Positions 28,497 through 38,210 of a DNA stretch of 64,000 bases are shown here, piece by piece. How positions within the stretch are numbered: the stretch's first letter is position 1; each line of letters begins with the position of its first letter. The notes beneath the pieces are model-generated. The model saw only the letters and a list, made by a program, of their open reading frames with translations. It was not told where the DNA came from and made no database searches. Made by a program: the position numbers and the translations under genes. Origin of the DNA: Thermoplasmata archaeon (lineage in GTDB: Archaea > Thermoplasmatota > Thermoplasmata > Lutacidiplasmatales > UBA184); NCBI GenBank assembly GCA_022750335.1, contig JAKIVX010000005.1, positions 16,119 to 80,118 on the forward strand. Reading direction: 5' to 3'.

Positions 28497-29579
28497 ATGA
28501 AACGCCAGATGGTCGATATGCTGGCGGAGCTGATCAAGATCCCCAGCGATCCCGTGTCGGACAAGCAGGAGGTCCTGGACTACGTCCAGTCCTTCACCGA
28601 CCAGATCCACATGCGCAACACGCTCTTCGGGGATGCGCAGGCCCCGAGCCTCCTGGCCGAGTACGGCCAGGGCGGTGTGGTCCTCTCCGGCCACCTCGAC
28701 ACGCCCCCCATCGGGGACTACTGGAGCTTCTCCCAGAGCCAGCTCGCGTCGGGCCGGATGTACGGACGCGGCGCCGCCGACATGAAAGGCACCGTGGTCG
28801 CGATGCTCGAGGCGGCCCAGGACCTGGTCACGCGGAAAATCCCGATCGTCCTCGCCTTCACGACCGACGAGGAGACGACCATGCAGGGCGCGATCGCGCT
28901 CTCGAAGACCCTGCCCCTCCGGCGGGCCAAAGCGGTCGTGGTCGGCGAGCCCACGGGATTGCGGGTCGCCTACGCCGAGAAGGGCGTTCTCGACCTCGCG
29001 ATCGAAACGCGGGGGAAGGCGGCGCACGGCGCGATGCCGCACCTCGGCGAGAACGCGATCGGAAAGATGATGCGGATCCTGCGGGGGCTCGAGTCGTTCA
29101 AGGGCCGCATCGCCCATCCCGAGCTCGGCTCGGTCACAATGAACCTGGGGACGTTCCACGGCGGCAGCCGGCTGAACGTCGTGCCGAACAAGGCGACGAG
29201 CGAGGTCGACATCCGATTCCCGCCTCCGTACACTCCCGAGCAACTCTACCAGGAGGTCGAGGAGCACCTCCGCCGGATCAAGACCCCGTTCACGCTCCGC
29301 CGGATCCTGACGATGCCGGCCGTCCAGATCGACCCGAATTCCGACCACGTCCGGATCCTCCGCGAGGTCGCCCAGGCCGAGACGACGGTCCTCGTGCACG
29401 CGTCCGAAGCCGTCCACTACACCCAGGTGAACCCGCGGGTCGTGATCTTCGGGGCGGGGGAAGAGGAACTGTCCCACCAGGCGAACGAGTACGTCAAGGT
29501 CGAGGCCGTCGCACGCGCGACCGAGGTGTACAAGAAGTATGCCCAACGGCTCGCGGCGGCCCGGACCCCGGCGGCCTAG
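28497..29579 (+). CDS. M20 family metallohydrolase (ArgE/DapE-like)
   Basis: SGHLDT, GRGAADMKG, TDEE, GEPT, GKAAHG, SHQANEYV. Confidence 0.88.
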   Translation: MKRQMVDMLAELIKIPSDPVSDKQEVLDYVQSFTDQIHMRNTLFGDAQAPSLLAEYGQGGVVLSGHLDTPPIGDYWSFSQSQLASGRMYGRGAADMKGTVVAMLEAAQDLVTRKIPIVLAFTTDEETTMQGAIALSKTLPLRRAKAVVVGEPTGLRVAYAEKGVLDLAIETRGKAAHGAMPHLGENAIGKMMRILRGLESFKGRIAHPELGSVTMNLGTFHGGSRLNVVPNKATSEVDIRFPPPYTPEQLYQEVEEHLRRIKTPFTLRRILTMPAVQIDPNSDHVRILREVAQAETTVLVHASEAVHYTQVNPRVVIFGAGEEELSHQANEYVKVEAVARATEVYKKYAQRLAAARTPAA

Positions 29580-29629
29580 ACCGGCGGCGCCACCGGACTT
29601 ATCAGGGAATCTTCCCGGTACCCCGTCCG

Positions 29630-30808
29630 GTGAAGATCGCTCAGGTCTCGACGCGGTTTCCCCCCGGACCCGGGGGTGTCGAACGGCACGTGGCCGAGGT
29701 CGCGGCCCGTCTCGGGACGCACGGACACCGCGTGGACGTCTACACGAGCGAGCTCTACCGGGAGTTCCCCTGGCAGCGCCTGGGACCGGACGTGCCCCGG
29801 GAAGAGACCCGCCCGTTCGGGGCCATCCACCGGCTACCGGTGCGCTCGCTCCCGGGGCCGCTCCACTACCCGTTCTTGCGAGGCCTCGTGCCGGCCCTCA
29901 CCCGGGACCGGCCCGAGGTGGTGCACGTCCACACGTACGGGACCCACCAGGTGGCGCTCGCCCGCCGGTTCCGCCGGAAGACGGGGACCCCGTTCGTCCT
30001 CACAGCGCACTTCCATCCGATCTGGTCGATCGAAGGCGGTTGGATCCGCCACCGGCTCCGGGGGTTCTACGACCGTCGACTCGCCGGGCCGATCGTCCGC
30101 GACGCGTCCCGCGTGATCGTTCAAACCCACGAGGAGGAACGGCTCCTCCGGACGCTCGGCCTCGACCTCCCGAGGGTCGACGTGATCCCACCGGGGTACG
30201 CCCCGCTCGCCACCGTGGCCGCCCCGGGGTCGTTCCGCCGGCAGTACGAGATAGTCGGACCGTACGTTCTGTTCGTGGGTCGGCTCGCTTCGAACAAGGG
30301 GCTCCTTCCGCTCGTGGAGGCGTTCGCGACCCTGGCGAAGGACCATCCGGAGGCCCTGCTCGTGCTGGCCGGGGAGGACGGTGGGATGCGACCGGCGGTC
30401 GAGGCGCTCGCCCGAAGCCGGGGATTGGGCACCCGCGTACGAGTTCTGGGGCACGTCCGGGACGACGCAGTGTTGGCGGACGCCTATCGGGACGCGCGCC
30501 TCGCGGTCCTGCCCAGTGAGTACGAGGCGTTCGGTCTCGTGTTGCTCGAGGCGCTCGCCCAAGGGACCCCGGTGGTCGCCTCCCACGTGGGCGGGATCCC
30601 GGAGTTCGTTCCGGACGGGAAGGCGGGCCTCCTCGTCCCTCCGAACGACGCAGTCGCGCTCGCCCGAGCGATCGAACAGGTCTGGACCGACGAGACTCTC
30701 GCCCACCGGATGGGCGCGTTCGGTCGGGACGAGGTAGTTCCGCGGTACACCTGGGACCGACTGGTCGCCCAGCTCGAGCTCGTCTACCAGGACGTGGTGT
30801 CCCGGTGA
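29630..30808 (+). CDS. GT4 glycosyltransferase
   Basis: PGPGGVERH, FVGRLASNKG, PSEYEAFGLVLLEA. Confidence 0.9.
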   Translation: MKIAQVSTRFPPGPGGVERHVAEVAARLGTHGHRVDVYTSELYREFPWQRLGPDVPREETRPFGAIHRLPVRSLPGPLHYPFLRGLVPALTRDRPEVVHVHTYGTHQVALARRFRRKTGTPFVLTAHFHPIWSIEGGWIRHRLRGFYDRRLAGPIVRDASRVIVQTHEEERLLRTLGLDLPRVDVIPPGYAPLATVAAPGSFRRQYEIVGPYVLFVGRLASNKGLLPLVEAFATLAKDHPEALLVLAGEDGGMRPAVEALARSRGLGTRVRVLGHVRDDAVLADAYRDARLAVLPSEYEAFGLVLLEALAQGTPVVASHVGGIPEFVPDGKAGLLVPPNDAVALARAIEQVWTDETLAHRMGAFGRDEVVPRYTWDRLVAQLELVYQDVVSR

Positions 30809-31959
30809 AGATCGCCCAGGTGGCGCTGAGGTTCGACGCGCCGGGCGGCGTGGAGACGAACGTCCGGGAGGTGTCGCGGCGGCTCTTGGCGGCGGGCGAG
30901 GAGGTCGAGATCTTCGCGAGCGACCTCTACGACGAGGCGAGTTGGGACCGGCGGAGCGGCTACGCCCCCGTCGTCGACGGGGTTCCGGTCCACCGGTTTG
31001 CCGTCCGCAAGCGACTGATCCCCCGGTTGACGCTGCCGCTCATGATCGGCCTCATGGACGCCCTCTCCGAGCGCCGTCCGCAAGTCATCCACGCCCACTC
31101 GCACCGGTACGGCCACGTGCTCGAGGCGGCCCTAGTGGCCGATCGACGCAACATCCCTCTGGTCGTTTCTACGCACTACCACCCGGCGGACCGTCGGGAA
31201 CGCCCGTGGACCCGCGGGCTCCTCCGCATGCAGGATGTCGGATTTGGGGCCACCGCCTACCGGATCGCCCGCGCGCTCATCGTGGAGACCGAACTCGAAG
31301 CTCGGCTGGTGCGCGCGTTCGCTCCCGCGGACCGGATCCGGGTCATCCCTCCGGGCATCGACCTCGCGGCGTGGTCCGACCCGGTCGGGGACATCCCACC
31401 CCCGGGGTTGCCGGACGAGTATCTCCTGTTCTTCGGCCGGGTGGCTCCCAACAAGGGGTTGCCGTTCTTGGTCGAAGCGTTGGCGCGACTCCCACCCGCC
31501 GCTCGCCTCCCCCTCGTCGTGATGGGACCCGACTGGGGAGAACGGACGGCGCTGGAGGCCCAGGCCCGATCCCTCGGCCTCGAGGGCTCGGTGCGGTTCC
31601 TGGGGCATGTCAGCCCCGACGGAGCGGTTCGGGCCGTGATCCGGGGCGCTCGGGCGTTGGTACTTCCGTCCGAATGGGAGGCGTTCGGGCTCGTGCTGTT
31701 GATGGCGATGGCCGCCGGCACTCCGATCGTCGCGACCGGCGTCGGAGGTGTGCCCGAGGTCCTGGACCACGGACGCGCCGGGTTACTCGTCCCGTACGCC
31801 GACCCGGTCGCGCTCGCCGACGCCCTGGGCCGCCTAACGGACGAACCCGGCCCAACCCATGAACGGGTCCGGGTGGCCCGCGAACGCGTCCAAGCGTTCG
31901 ACTGGTCGGTGACGGTCGAGCGTCACCGGGCCCTCTACCGCGAGGTCGCGAGCGGCTGA
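30805..31959 (+). CDS. GT4 glycosyltransferase (paralog of the upstream gene)
   Basis: PGGVETN, FFGRVAPNKG, PSEWEAFGLVLLMA (second Glu of EX7E replaced by Met). Confidence 0.88.
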   Translation: MKIAQVALRFDAPGGVETNVREVSRRLLAAGEEVEIFASDLYDEASWDRRSGYAPVVDGVPVHRFAVRKRLIPRLTLPLMIGLMDALSERRPQVIHAHSHRYGHVLEAALVADRRNIPLVVSTHYHPADRRERPWTRGLLRMQDVGFGATAYRIARALIVETELEARLVRAFAPADRIRVIPPGIDLAAWSDPVGDIPPPGLPDEYLLFFGRVAPNKGLPFLVEALARLPPAARLPLVVMGPDWGERTALEAQARSLGLEGSVRFLGHVSPDGAVRAVIRGARALVLPSEWEAFGLVLLMAMAAGTPIVATGVGGVPEVLDHGRAGLLVPYADPVALADALGRLTDEPGPTHERVRVARERVQAFDWSVTVERHRALYREVASG

Positions 31960-32088
31960 ACGCGGACCCGTCTCAAGGAGGGCTGCGGTCGAGGCGACGG
32001 AGCTCGGCCCCGAACTGCTCGCGATCAAGGTCGGGAACCGGCCCGGCGCGGGCGATGGCCTGGAAGACCCGCCCGAGCCAGCGGAGGA

Positions 32089-33222
32089 TCACGCGGCCCC
32101 CCGTTGTTCAGCGTACTCGCGGACGATCTCGAGACCGGTCCGGAGCTTCTCCCGCGAGGCGGCGAACGACAGGCGCAGGTGCCCGGCGCCCAACGAACCG
32201 AACGCGTCCCCCGGCGTCGTGATGACGCCGCGCTTGAGAAGCGCGTGGGCCGAATCCGTCGCGGTCTCTCCCCAGTCGAGCTTCGGAAAGACGTAGAACG
32301 CACCGGCCGGTGGGACCACCCGGACACCGGGCATCGATTTCAGGAGCCGGTCCACGAGCGTGCGGCGACCGCGAAACTCGCGCACCATCGCGCGGGTCGC
32401 GGCGTCGCCCGCCTCGAAGCCGGCGAGGATCGCCACCTGGGCGGGCGTGGGAGGGCAGGCCATGATGTGGTAGTGGATCTTGTTGAGCTCGACCGCGAGC
32501 GGCTTGGACGCGACCAGGAACCCGAGGCGCCAGCCGGTGACGGCGAACGTCTTGGAGAACGAGTTCACGATGATCGTCCGGTCGTTCCGGCCCCAGAACG
32601 AGGAGAATTTGCCGTCGTAGACGATCTCCTCGTAGACCTCGTCCGAGACGATCGTGAGGTGGTGACGGTCGGCGAACTCCACGATCTTCTCGACCGTCGA
32701 CTCGGGGAACATCGAGCCGGTCGGGTTGGAGGGGCTGTTCACGACGATCGCCCGCGTCTTGGGGGTGACGAGGTGCTCGAGGGCATCGAGGTCCGGCTGG
32801 AACTTCCGCCGTTCGATGAGCGGGTACGGGACGGGGACCGCGCCGGCGAGACGGGCGTGTGGTCCGTAGAGGACGAATCCGGGGTTGGGTACCAGGACCT
32901 CGTCCCCCGGGTCGTAGAGGGTGAGCGCGACGGTCATGAGGGCCTCGGAACCGCTCGCGGTGACGATCACGTTCTCCCGGACCGTCTTCGGGTCGCGTCC
33001 CGCGTACCGCGTGGCGATCCGCTCCCGCAGCGCGGAGAGCCCGGCGCTCGGGCCGTAGTGATTTCCTCCATTCTGGACCGAATGGCAAAGGGCCTCGACC
33101 ACCTCTCGGGGCGGGTCGAAGTCGGGTTCGCCGAGCCCCAGGTTGATCGAGTTGGGGGGGGCGGATTCGAACATCCGTCGGATCCCGGAGATCTCGACTC
33201 GCCGGGTCCGGTCGGCGACCAT
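32089..33222 (-). CDS. Class I/II PLP-dependent aminotransferase (aspartate aminotransferase-like)
   Basis: GLGEPDF, NSPSNPTG, SDEVY, SFSKTFAVTGWRLG. Confidence 0.92.
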   Translation of the reverse strand: MVADRTRRVEISGIRRMFESAPPNSINLGLGEPDFDPPREVVEALCHSVQNGGNHYGPSAGLSALRERIATRYAGRDPKTVRENVIVTASGSEALMTVALTLYDPGDEVLVPNPGFVLYGPHARLAGAVPVPYPLIERRKFQPDLDALEHLVTPKTRAIVVNSPSNPTGSMFPESTVEKIVEFADRHHLTIVSDEVYEEIVYDGKFSSFWGRNDRTIIVNSFSKTFAVTGWRLGFLVASKPLAVELNKIHYHIMACPPTPAQVAILAGFEAGDAATRAMVREFRGRRTLVDRLLKSMPGVRVVPPAGAFYVFPKLDWGETATDSAHALLKRGVITTPGDAFGSLGAGHLRLSFAASREKLRTGLEIVREYAEQRGAA

Positions 33223-33359
33223 TCTCGCTGCGACGGGGGTCCCCCTCTTTATCGTTGCCGCCGGCGTGCTAGTCCGCGTCGCCGGCCCCCGCGTCCGCCC
33301 GAGGTCGTGCCCGGCAAAGGTTTAGGTCCGACTTCCACCTGAGAGAGCGGAGGAGCGAC

Positions 33360-35612
33360 GTGGCCCGGATCCTGATCGGCGTCGCGTGGCCGTACGCCAA
33401 CGGTCCCTTCCACCTCGGTCACCTGGCGGGCGCCTACCTACCGGGTGACATCTTCGCGCGGTTCCACCGGCTGCGCGGCGACGAGGTGCTCCTAGTCTCG
33501 GGCTCGGACATGCACGGAACGCCGATCCTCGTGGCCGCGGAGAAGGAGGGCACGACTCCGGCCGCGGTGGCCGACCGGTATCACGAAATCAACCGCGCGG
33601 CGTTCGAACGGCTGGGTTTCACGTTCGACTGCTACACGACCACCCACACGGTCGTCCACGAGAAGACCGTTCAGGAGGTTTTCCTCACGCTGCTCGAGCA
33701 CGGCTTCGTCGCCCGGAGGACGGAGGAGAGCCCCTATTGCCCGAACCACCGCCGTTTCCTACCGGACCGGTACCTGGTCGGAACCTGCCCCCATTGCGGC
33801 TTCGAGAGCGCGCGGGGGGATGAATGCGACCGGTGCGGCCGCCCGCTCGAGGCGCGGGAGTTGGGGAATCCCCGGTGCCTCCTGTGCAATACGGCCGCCG
33901 AGTTCCGCGCGACCGAGCATTTCTACCTCCTGCTGGACAAACTGCAGCCCCAACTCTCCGAGTACGTGGGGCGGCAGGACCACTGGCGAGGGGGAACGCG
34001 TCGGGTCGCCACGAACTTCCTGCAGGAGGGTCTCCACCCGACCCCCATCACGCGCGACTTGGACTGGGGCGTGCCGATCCCGTTGGAGGGTTACGCGACG
34101 AAACGGTTCTACGTTTGGTTCGAGGCGCTCATCGGATACCTGTCGGCGTCCAAGGAGTGGGCGATCCGGGCCGGTCGACCGGACGCGTGGCGCCGGTACT
34201 GGGCCGAGGGCGAGGTCGTTCGGCCGTACTACTTTATCGGAAAAGACAACAAGTTCCACCACACCATCCTCTGGCCGGGGATCCTGTTGGGTGTCGGGGG
34301 CCTCGCGCTCCCCTACGACGTGCCGGCGAACGAGTGGCTGCTCATCGATGGGAAGAAGGCGTCCAAGTCCCGGGCCACCGATTCGGACGCATTCATCCCG
34401 TCCCTCCTCGAACACTACGCTCCGGATGTCATTCGGTTCTACGGAGCGCTCCTCGCGCCGCAGAATCATGACACGGAGCTCGATTGGAAGGAATTCCAGA
34501 AGCTACGGGACGAGGTCCTGGCCAATCAGTACGGCAATCTCGTGCAACGCGCGCTCGTCCTCACCCGCGACCGGTACGGCGGTCACGTTCCCTCGCCCCC
34601 TGACGGTTGGACCTCGGCCGACCCCGTCGGCGTGGGGGCCCGGCTGACCCAGGCGCATGCCCGCATCACCGCGGAGTTCGAAGCGGTTCACCTCAAGGAA
34701 GCGTTGGACCTCGCGCTCGAGGAAGTGCGGGAGGCGAACCGCCGGTTCCACGAGGCCCGCCCGTGGCAACTCACCGACCCCGAACGAGCGCGCGTGATCT
34801 TCGAGACTCTCTGGACGATCCGGGCCCTGGCGACCTGGCTCTCCCCCGTCCTCCCGTTCTCCTCGACCGAGACGTTCCACATGCTCGGCTTCTCGGACGG
34901 ACCGTCGGCGGGGGATTGGGAGCGGGCGCTGCACCCGGTCCCCGCCGGGCAGGCTCTCGGGGAGATCCGGCCCCTGTTCCCGAAACCGGCCCCCCCGGAA
35001 GGGTCCAGCGCGACCGCGGGGGCTCCGGCGTCGGGCGCGGCACCGCCCCTCGCGGTGCGTGCCGGCGTGATCGTCCGGGCCGATGCCCATCCATCGGCCG
35101 ACCGACTCCTCGTCCTGGCGGTGGATGCGGGGGAGGGAACGCCGAGGTCGATCGTCGCGGGGATCCGAGCCTACTACGCCCCCGACACGCTGGTCGGGCG
35201 ACGGATCGTGTTCCTCTCGAACCTCGCGCCTCGAACCATCCGGGGGGTCCCGTCCCAGGGGATGATCCTGGCGGCGGACGCCGGCGGTCGTCCGGTGCTA
35301 CTCGAGCCACCGGTGGAAGTCGCCCCGGGGGAGTTTGTGGCGGGTCGGTCTGCGGCGGACCGCACGATCACCCACGATGAATTCGCGTCCTACACCCTTA
35401 CGGTCGGTCGGTCGACGGAAGAATCCGGCGACCTCGGCTCCCGGGTCGACCTCGGGACGATCCAGCTCGAGGTCGGAGAAAAGTGGCCTATGGGGACCGC
35501 GCTCATCGTTGTCCGTCAGGGTGACGCCCCCGAGGGAATCGTCCTCGAGTTCGGCCCGGGACGACCGGTGGCACCCAGCGAACCGATCGCGGTCGGGGCG
35601 ACCGTTCGATGA
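33360..35612 (+). CDS. metG: Methionine--tRNA ligase
   Basis: WPYANGPFHLGH, GSDMHG, Zn knuckles, RDLDWG, YVWFEA, KASKS (KMSKS variant), C-terminal tRNA-binding OB domain(s). Confidence 0.96.
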   Translation: MARILIGVAWPYANGPFHLGHLAGAYLPGDIFARFHRLRGDEVLLVSGSDMHGTPILVAAEKEGTTPAAVADRYHEINRAAFERLGFTFDCYTTTHTVVHEKTVQEVFLTLLEHGFVARRTEESPYCPNHRRFLPDRYLVGTCPHCGFESARGDECDRCGRPLEARELGNPRCLLCNTAAEFRATEHFYLLLDKLQPQLSEYVGRQDHWRGGTRRVATNFLQEGLHPTPITRDLDWGVPIPLEGYATKRFYVWFEALIGYLSASKEWAIRAGRPDAWRRYWAEGEVVRPYYFIGKDNKFHHTILWPGILLGVGGLALPYDVPANEWLLIDGKKASKSRATDSDAFIPSLLEHYAPDVIRFYGALLAPQNHDTELDWKEFQKLRDEVLANQYGNLVQRALVLTRDRYGGHVPSPPDGWTSADPVGVGARLTQAHARITAEFEAVHLKEALDLALEEVREANRRFHEARPWQLTDPERARVIFETLWTIRALATWLSPVLPFSSTETFHMLGFSDGPSAGDWERALHPVPAGQALGEIRPLFPKPAPPEGSSATAGAPASGAAPPLAVRAGVIVRADAHPSADRLLVLAVDAGEGTPRSIVAGIRAYYAPDTLVGRRIVFLSNLAPRTIRGVPSQGMILAADAGGRPVLLEPPVEVAPGEFVAGRSAADRTITHDEFASYTLTVGRSTEESGDLGSRVDLGTIQLEVGEKWPMGTALIVVRQGDAPEGIVLEFGPGRPVAPSEPIAVGATVR

Positions 35613-36289
35613 CGGACGGCCTCCGGCTCGACCTCCACGTCCATTCCCGTCACTCGCCCGATTCCCGGTTGACGATCGAACAGATCGTCGAGCGGCTCCC
35701 GTACACCGGGCTGAGGGGGTTCGCCTTGACGGACCACAACTCGACACGCGGGCATGCCGAACTGGCCGCCCTCGCCCGGGTCCATCGGTCCTACGTGTTC
35801 CTTGCGGGCGTCGAGGTGTCCACGGCGGAGGGACACCTACTGGCCTACGGGGTCACGGAGGCCCCTCCGGCTCGGCGGCCGATCGAAGAGACGATCGAGT
35901 GGGTGCGCGCCCACGGAGGAGAGCCCGTCCTCGCCCACCCGTTCCGATGGACCCATGGGGTCGGGCCGCAGGTGACAGCCGTCGCCCAGGTTCCCGCGAT
36001 CGAGGTCCGGAACGGGCATAACTCGGAGGTGGCGAACGCGCGGGCCGAACTGGTCGCCGCCCGACGCACCCTCGGGATGACCGGCGGAAGTGACGGTCAC
36101 GCGATCCCCGAGATCGGGCGCGCCTTCACCCAGTTCCCGGAGGAGGCCCGCACGACGGACGACCTCTTGGAGGCCCTCCGCCGGGGGCGTACTCTCGCCG
36201 GAGGGCGCTCGCTCCGCTTCCCCGGCCGGGTGCGTCTCGGGCTGACGACCGGTACGAAGTTCCTGACGCGGGGCCTTCGGAGCCTGTAG
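35609..36289 (+). CDS. PHP domain metallophosphoesterase
   Basis: DLHVHS, TDHN, GVEVS...GHLL, LAHP, GGSDGH. Confidence 0.88.
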   Translation: MTDGLRLDLHVHSRHSPDSRLTIEQIVERLPYTGLRGFALTDHNSTRGHAELAALARVHRSYVFLAGVEVSTAEGHLLAYGVTEAPPARRPIEETIEWVRAHGGEPVLAHPFRWTHGVGPQVTAVAQVPAIEVRNGHNSEVANARAELVAARRTLGMTGGSDGHAIPEIGRAFTQFPEEARTTDDLLEALRRGRTLAGGRSLRFPGRVRLGLTTGTKFLTRGLRSL

Positions 36290-36334
36290 TGGCTCCCCGA
36301 GGGCTTTAAGGCGAAGGCTCTTGGCCCCGACCGC

Positions 36335-36407
36335 GCCAAGGTGGCAGAATGGTTAATGCGACGGACTGCAGATCCGTTTCCTGGGGGTTCGATTCCCTCC
36401 CTTGGCT
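36335..36407 (+). tRNA. tRNA-Cys(GCA)
   Basis: GCCAAGG TG GCAG AATGGTTA ATGC G ACGGA CT GCA GA TCCGT TTCCT GGGGG TTCGATT CCCTC CCTTGGC T; TATA-like CTTTAAG at 36304-36310. Confidence 0.96.
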
Positions 36408-36446
36408 CATGGTCCCACCTCCTTCACCGCGTCGCTTCGGTCCCGC

Positions 36447-36764
36447 CTAACGTTCGGGTGTGCGGAGGAGTTCCTTGACCCGTGGGAGCTTTCGGTAGAA
36501 CCCCGGGCGGGCACCAAACCCCCCGATTTTCACCGCGTTCCCGTCGACGAGATAGAACATTCGGAAACCACCCACCCTCATCGACCACACCGGAGTCACG
36601 ACTCCGGGAGGAGGAGAAAGTTGGGACACCTCGTACCCCGGCCCAGCCGAGAAAGGGTTGGTCGCCATCCGTCGAATGGCCCGCTCGTACACGGAGCGTA
36701 CGTGCGGCGGCAGTTGGAGAAACTCCGCTTCCGCCTTTCGATGCCGAAGCAGGCGATACTGCAC
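36447..36764 (-). CDS. RelE/ParE family toxin
   Basis: AEAEFLQLP...WSMRVGGFRMFYLVD...GARPGFY; GTG start immediately after the antitoxin stop. Confidence 0.8.
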   Translation of the reverse strand: MQYRLLRHRKAEAEFLQLPPHVRSVYERAIRRMATNPFSAGPGYEVSQLSPPPGVVTPVWSMRVGGFRMFYLVDGNAVKIGGFGARPGFYRKLPRVKELLRTPER

Positions 36765-36765
36765 G

Positions 36766-36984
36766 TCAGAGGCCCCGTGCACGGCGGGCCTTGGATTCCG
36801 CGAGCATTCCTTCGGTCGACTCGAAATCCTCGGATCGGAATCGCTGGTTGAGTTCCGCCCACGTCAGCCGATTCGGGTGCGCGGCGAGCAGCATTGTGAT
36901 GACGTCGTCGTAGGTCTCCTCGCCCGTCTTCAGCATCCCAAGAAGCCTGCGGGTTCGCTGACTCACGGCGACAGTAGTGCTCAT
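36766..36984 (-). CDS. Archaeal RHH-type antitoxin
   Basis: MSTTVAVSQRTRRLL...GEETYDDVITML; upstream partner of the RelE-like toxin. Confidence 0.78.
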   Translation of the reverse strand: MSTTVAVSQRTRRLLGMLKTGEETYDDVITMLLAAHPNRLTWAELNQRFRSEDFESTEGMLAESKARRARGL

Positions 36985-37288
36985 CGCTCCCCGTAACGCT
37001 GTGGTGACTATAAGTGCTCCGATGAGAAGACCGACACGAATGGGTCGGTTCAGGCCGGCTCGGCCCGCTGCTCAAGACATCCACCGAGGGGCGCTCAGCC
37101 GGCTCCGAGGGGAGCGGAGGAATCGAACTGTTCGACGATCCCCTCTACGGGAACTTGGGACATCTCCGTCCAGACTCGGTCAATAAATGAAACGTCGATC
37201 AAACCAGACGGGCGGCGTGCTACTTACTTTGGAATGAGCTCGACCTAGGTAAGTCTAATACCCGCCGATGCAAATTGCCCTGTGGGCC

Positions 37289-37726
37289 ATGGCGGCCGAA
37301 TCGCTAGCAGACATTCACTGTTATCGCTGCATCTATACTTGGACGCCCAGACGCGCACCGGTCCGGATGTGCCCCCGATGCAAGTCGAGACTCTGGATTG
37401 TTCCCAAGGTTCGTCCGATCCACGTCGGGACCGGGCTCGGGATTCCTGAGGTCCTGGGACTCCATCGCGACCGAGTCCTGGCCCTTGCCAAGAGATATGG
37501 CGCGAAGCGAGTCCGCGTGTTCGGCTCGGTTCGCCGAGGAGAAGCGAATTAACGGAGCGACCTCGATCTCTTGGTTGACGGTCTGCCAAGGGCCTCGTTG
37601 CTCGATCAAGCCCACCTAGAGACCGAGCTCGGGAAGCTCCTGGGGCGCCCGGTCGACGTGGTGGAGGAGGATAGCCTTCCCTGGTCAATCCGACACCAAG
37701 TGCTGGCCGAGGCGGTTCTCCTTTGA
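37289..37726 (+). pseudogene. Zn-ribbon-fused MNT (minimal nucleotidyltransferase) antitoxin with an in-frame stop
   Basis: CYRC...WTPR...CPRCKSRLW, then VFGSVRRGEAN*(TAA 37550-37552)RSDLDLLVD...LGRPVDVVEE...LAEAVLL* in the same frame. Confidence 0.85.
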
Positions 37727-38082
37727 GGGCCTCCGAGGGCCGAGTCCGTACCCTGGTCGATCGAATGCTCCGGGAAGCGTCAGCGGCCGAACGCTATCTC
37801 TCACGCGGGAAGTAGTCGTTCTTCGACCTTCGGACTCCGGAGATCCGAGACGCGGTGGAGCTCCGAATCCTTCACTTTACTGAGACGGCCACGAAGGTCG
37901 GACGTCCCTTCAGGAATGCGAATCCGCTCATTCCGTGGGATGATCTCGACCAGCTGCGGAACGACCTTGTCCGCGAGTACCCGGAGGTCAAGGCGGACAA
38001 GATCTGGCGATTCGTTCAGGATGACCTTCCCGGTCTGGTCATGAAGCTCCGGCGCGCCCGATACGCGGAGAAGGGTTCCTAG
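37723..38082 (+). pseudogene. HEPN (HepT/DUF86) toxin with an in-frame stop and lost catalytic His
   Basis: TTG start overlapping the MNT stop; TAG at 37813-37815; DAVELRI...PLIPW...RNDLVREY (RX4H motif with H replaced by R). Confidence 0.85.
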
Positions 38083-38210
38083 GCATCGGATAGGGGAACG
38101 CCGCTGGGGTTCGGTCGCCACGCGGTCCCGGGTCTCTCCGAAGGCGGGGAATGGAATCCTTCCTCGATTCCCCCCTCCGAGCTGACGATGTGACGAACTC
38201 TCCCGGAGGG

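Noticed and set aside
37107..37128. T-loop-like fragments (GTTCGATTCC on - at 37119-37128; TCGATTCCC near 38164; GTTCAAATCC near 39343; CCCTTGGC near 57417) as attR of the tRNA-Cys island
   Set aside because: Matches are only 8-10 nt, in the wrong orientation or not contiguous with the tRNA-Cys 3' sequence; consistent with chance.
37813..37815. Pyrrolysine or stop-codon recoding of the TAG in HEPN
   Set aside because: The partner gene has TAA, the HEPN active site is also mutated, and TAG terminates many normal genes in this window.
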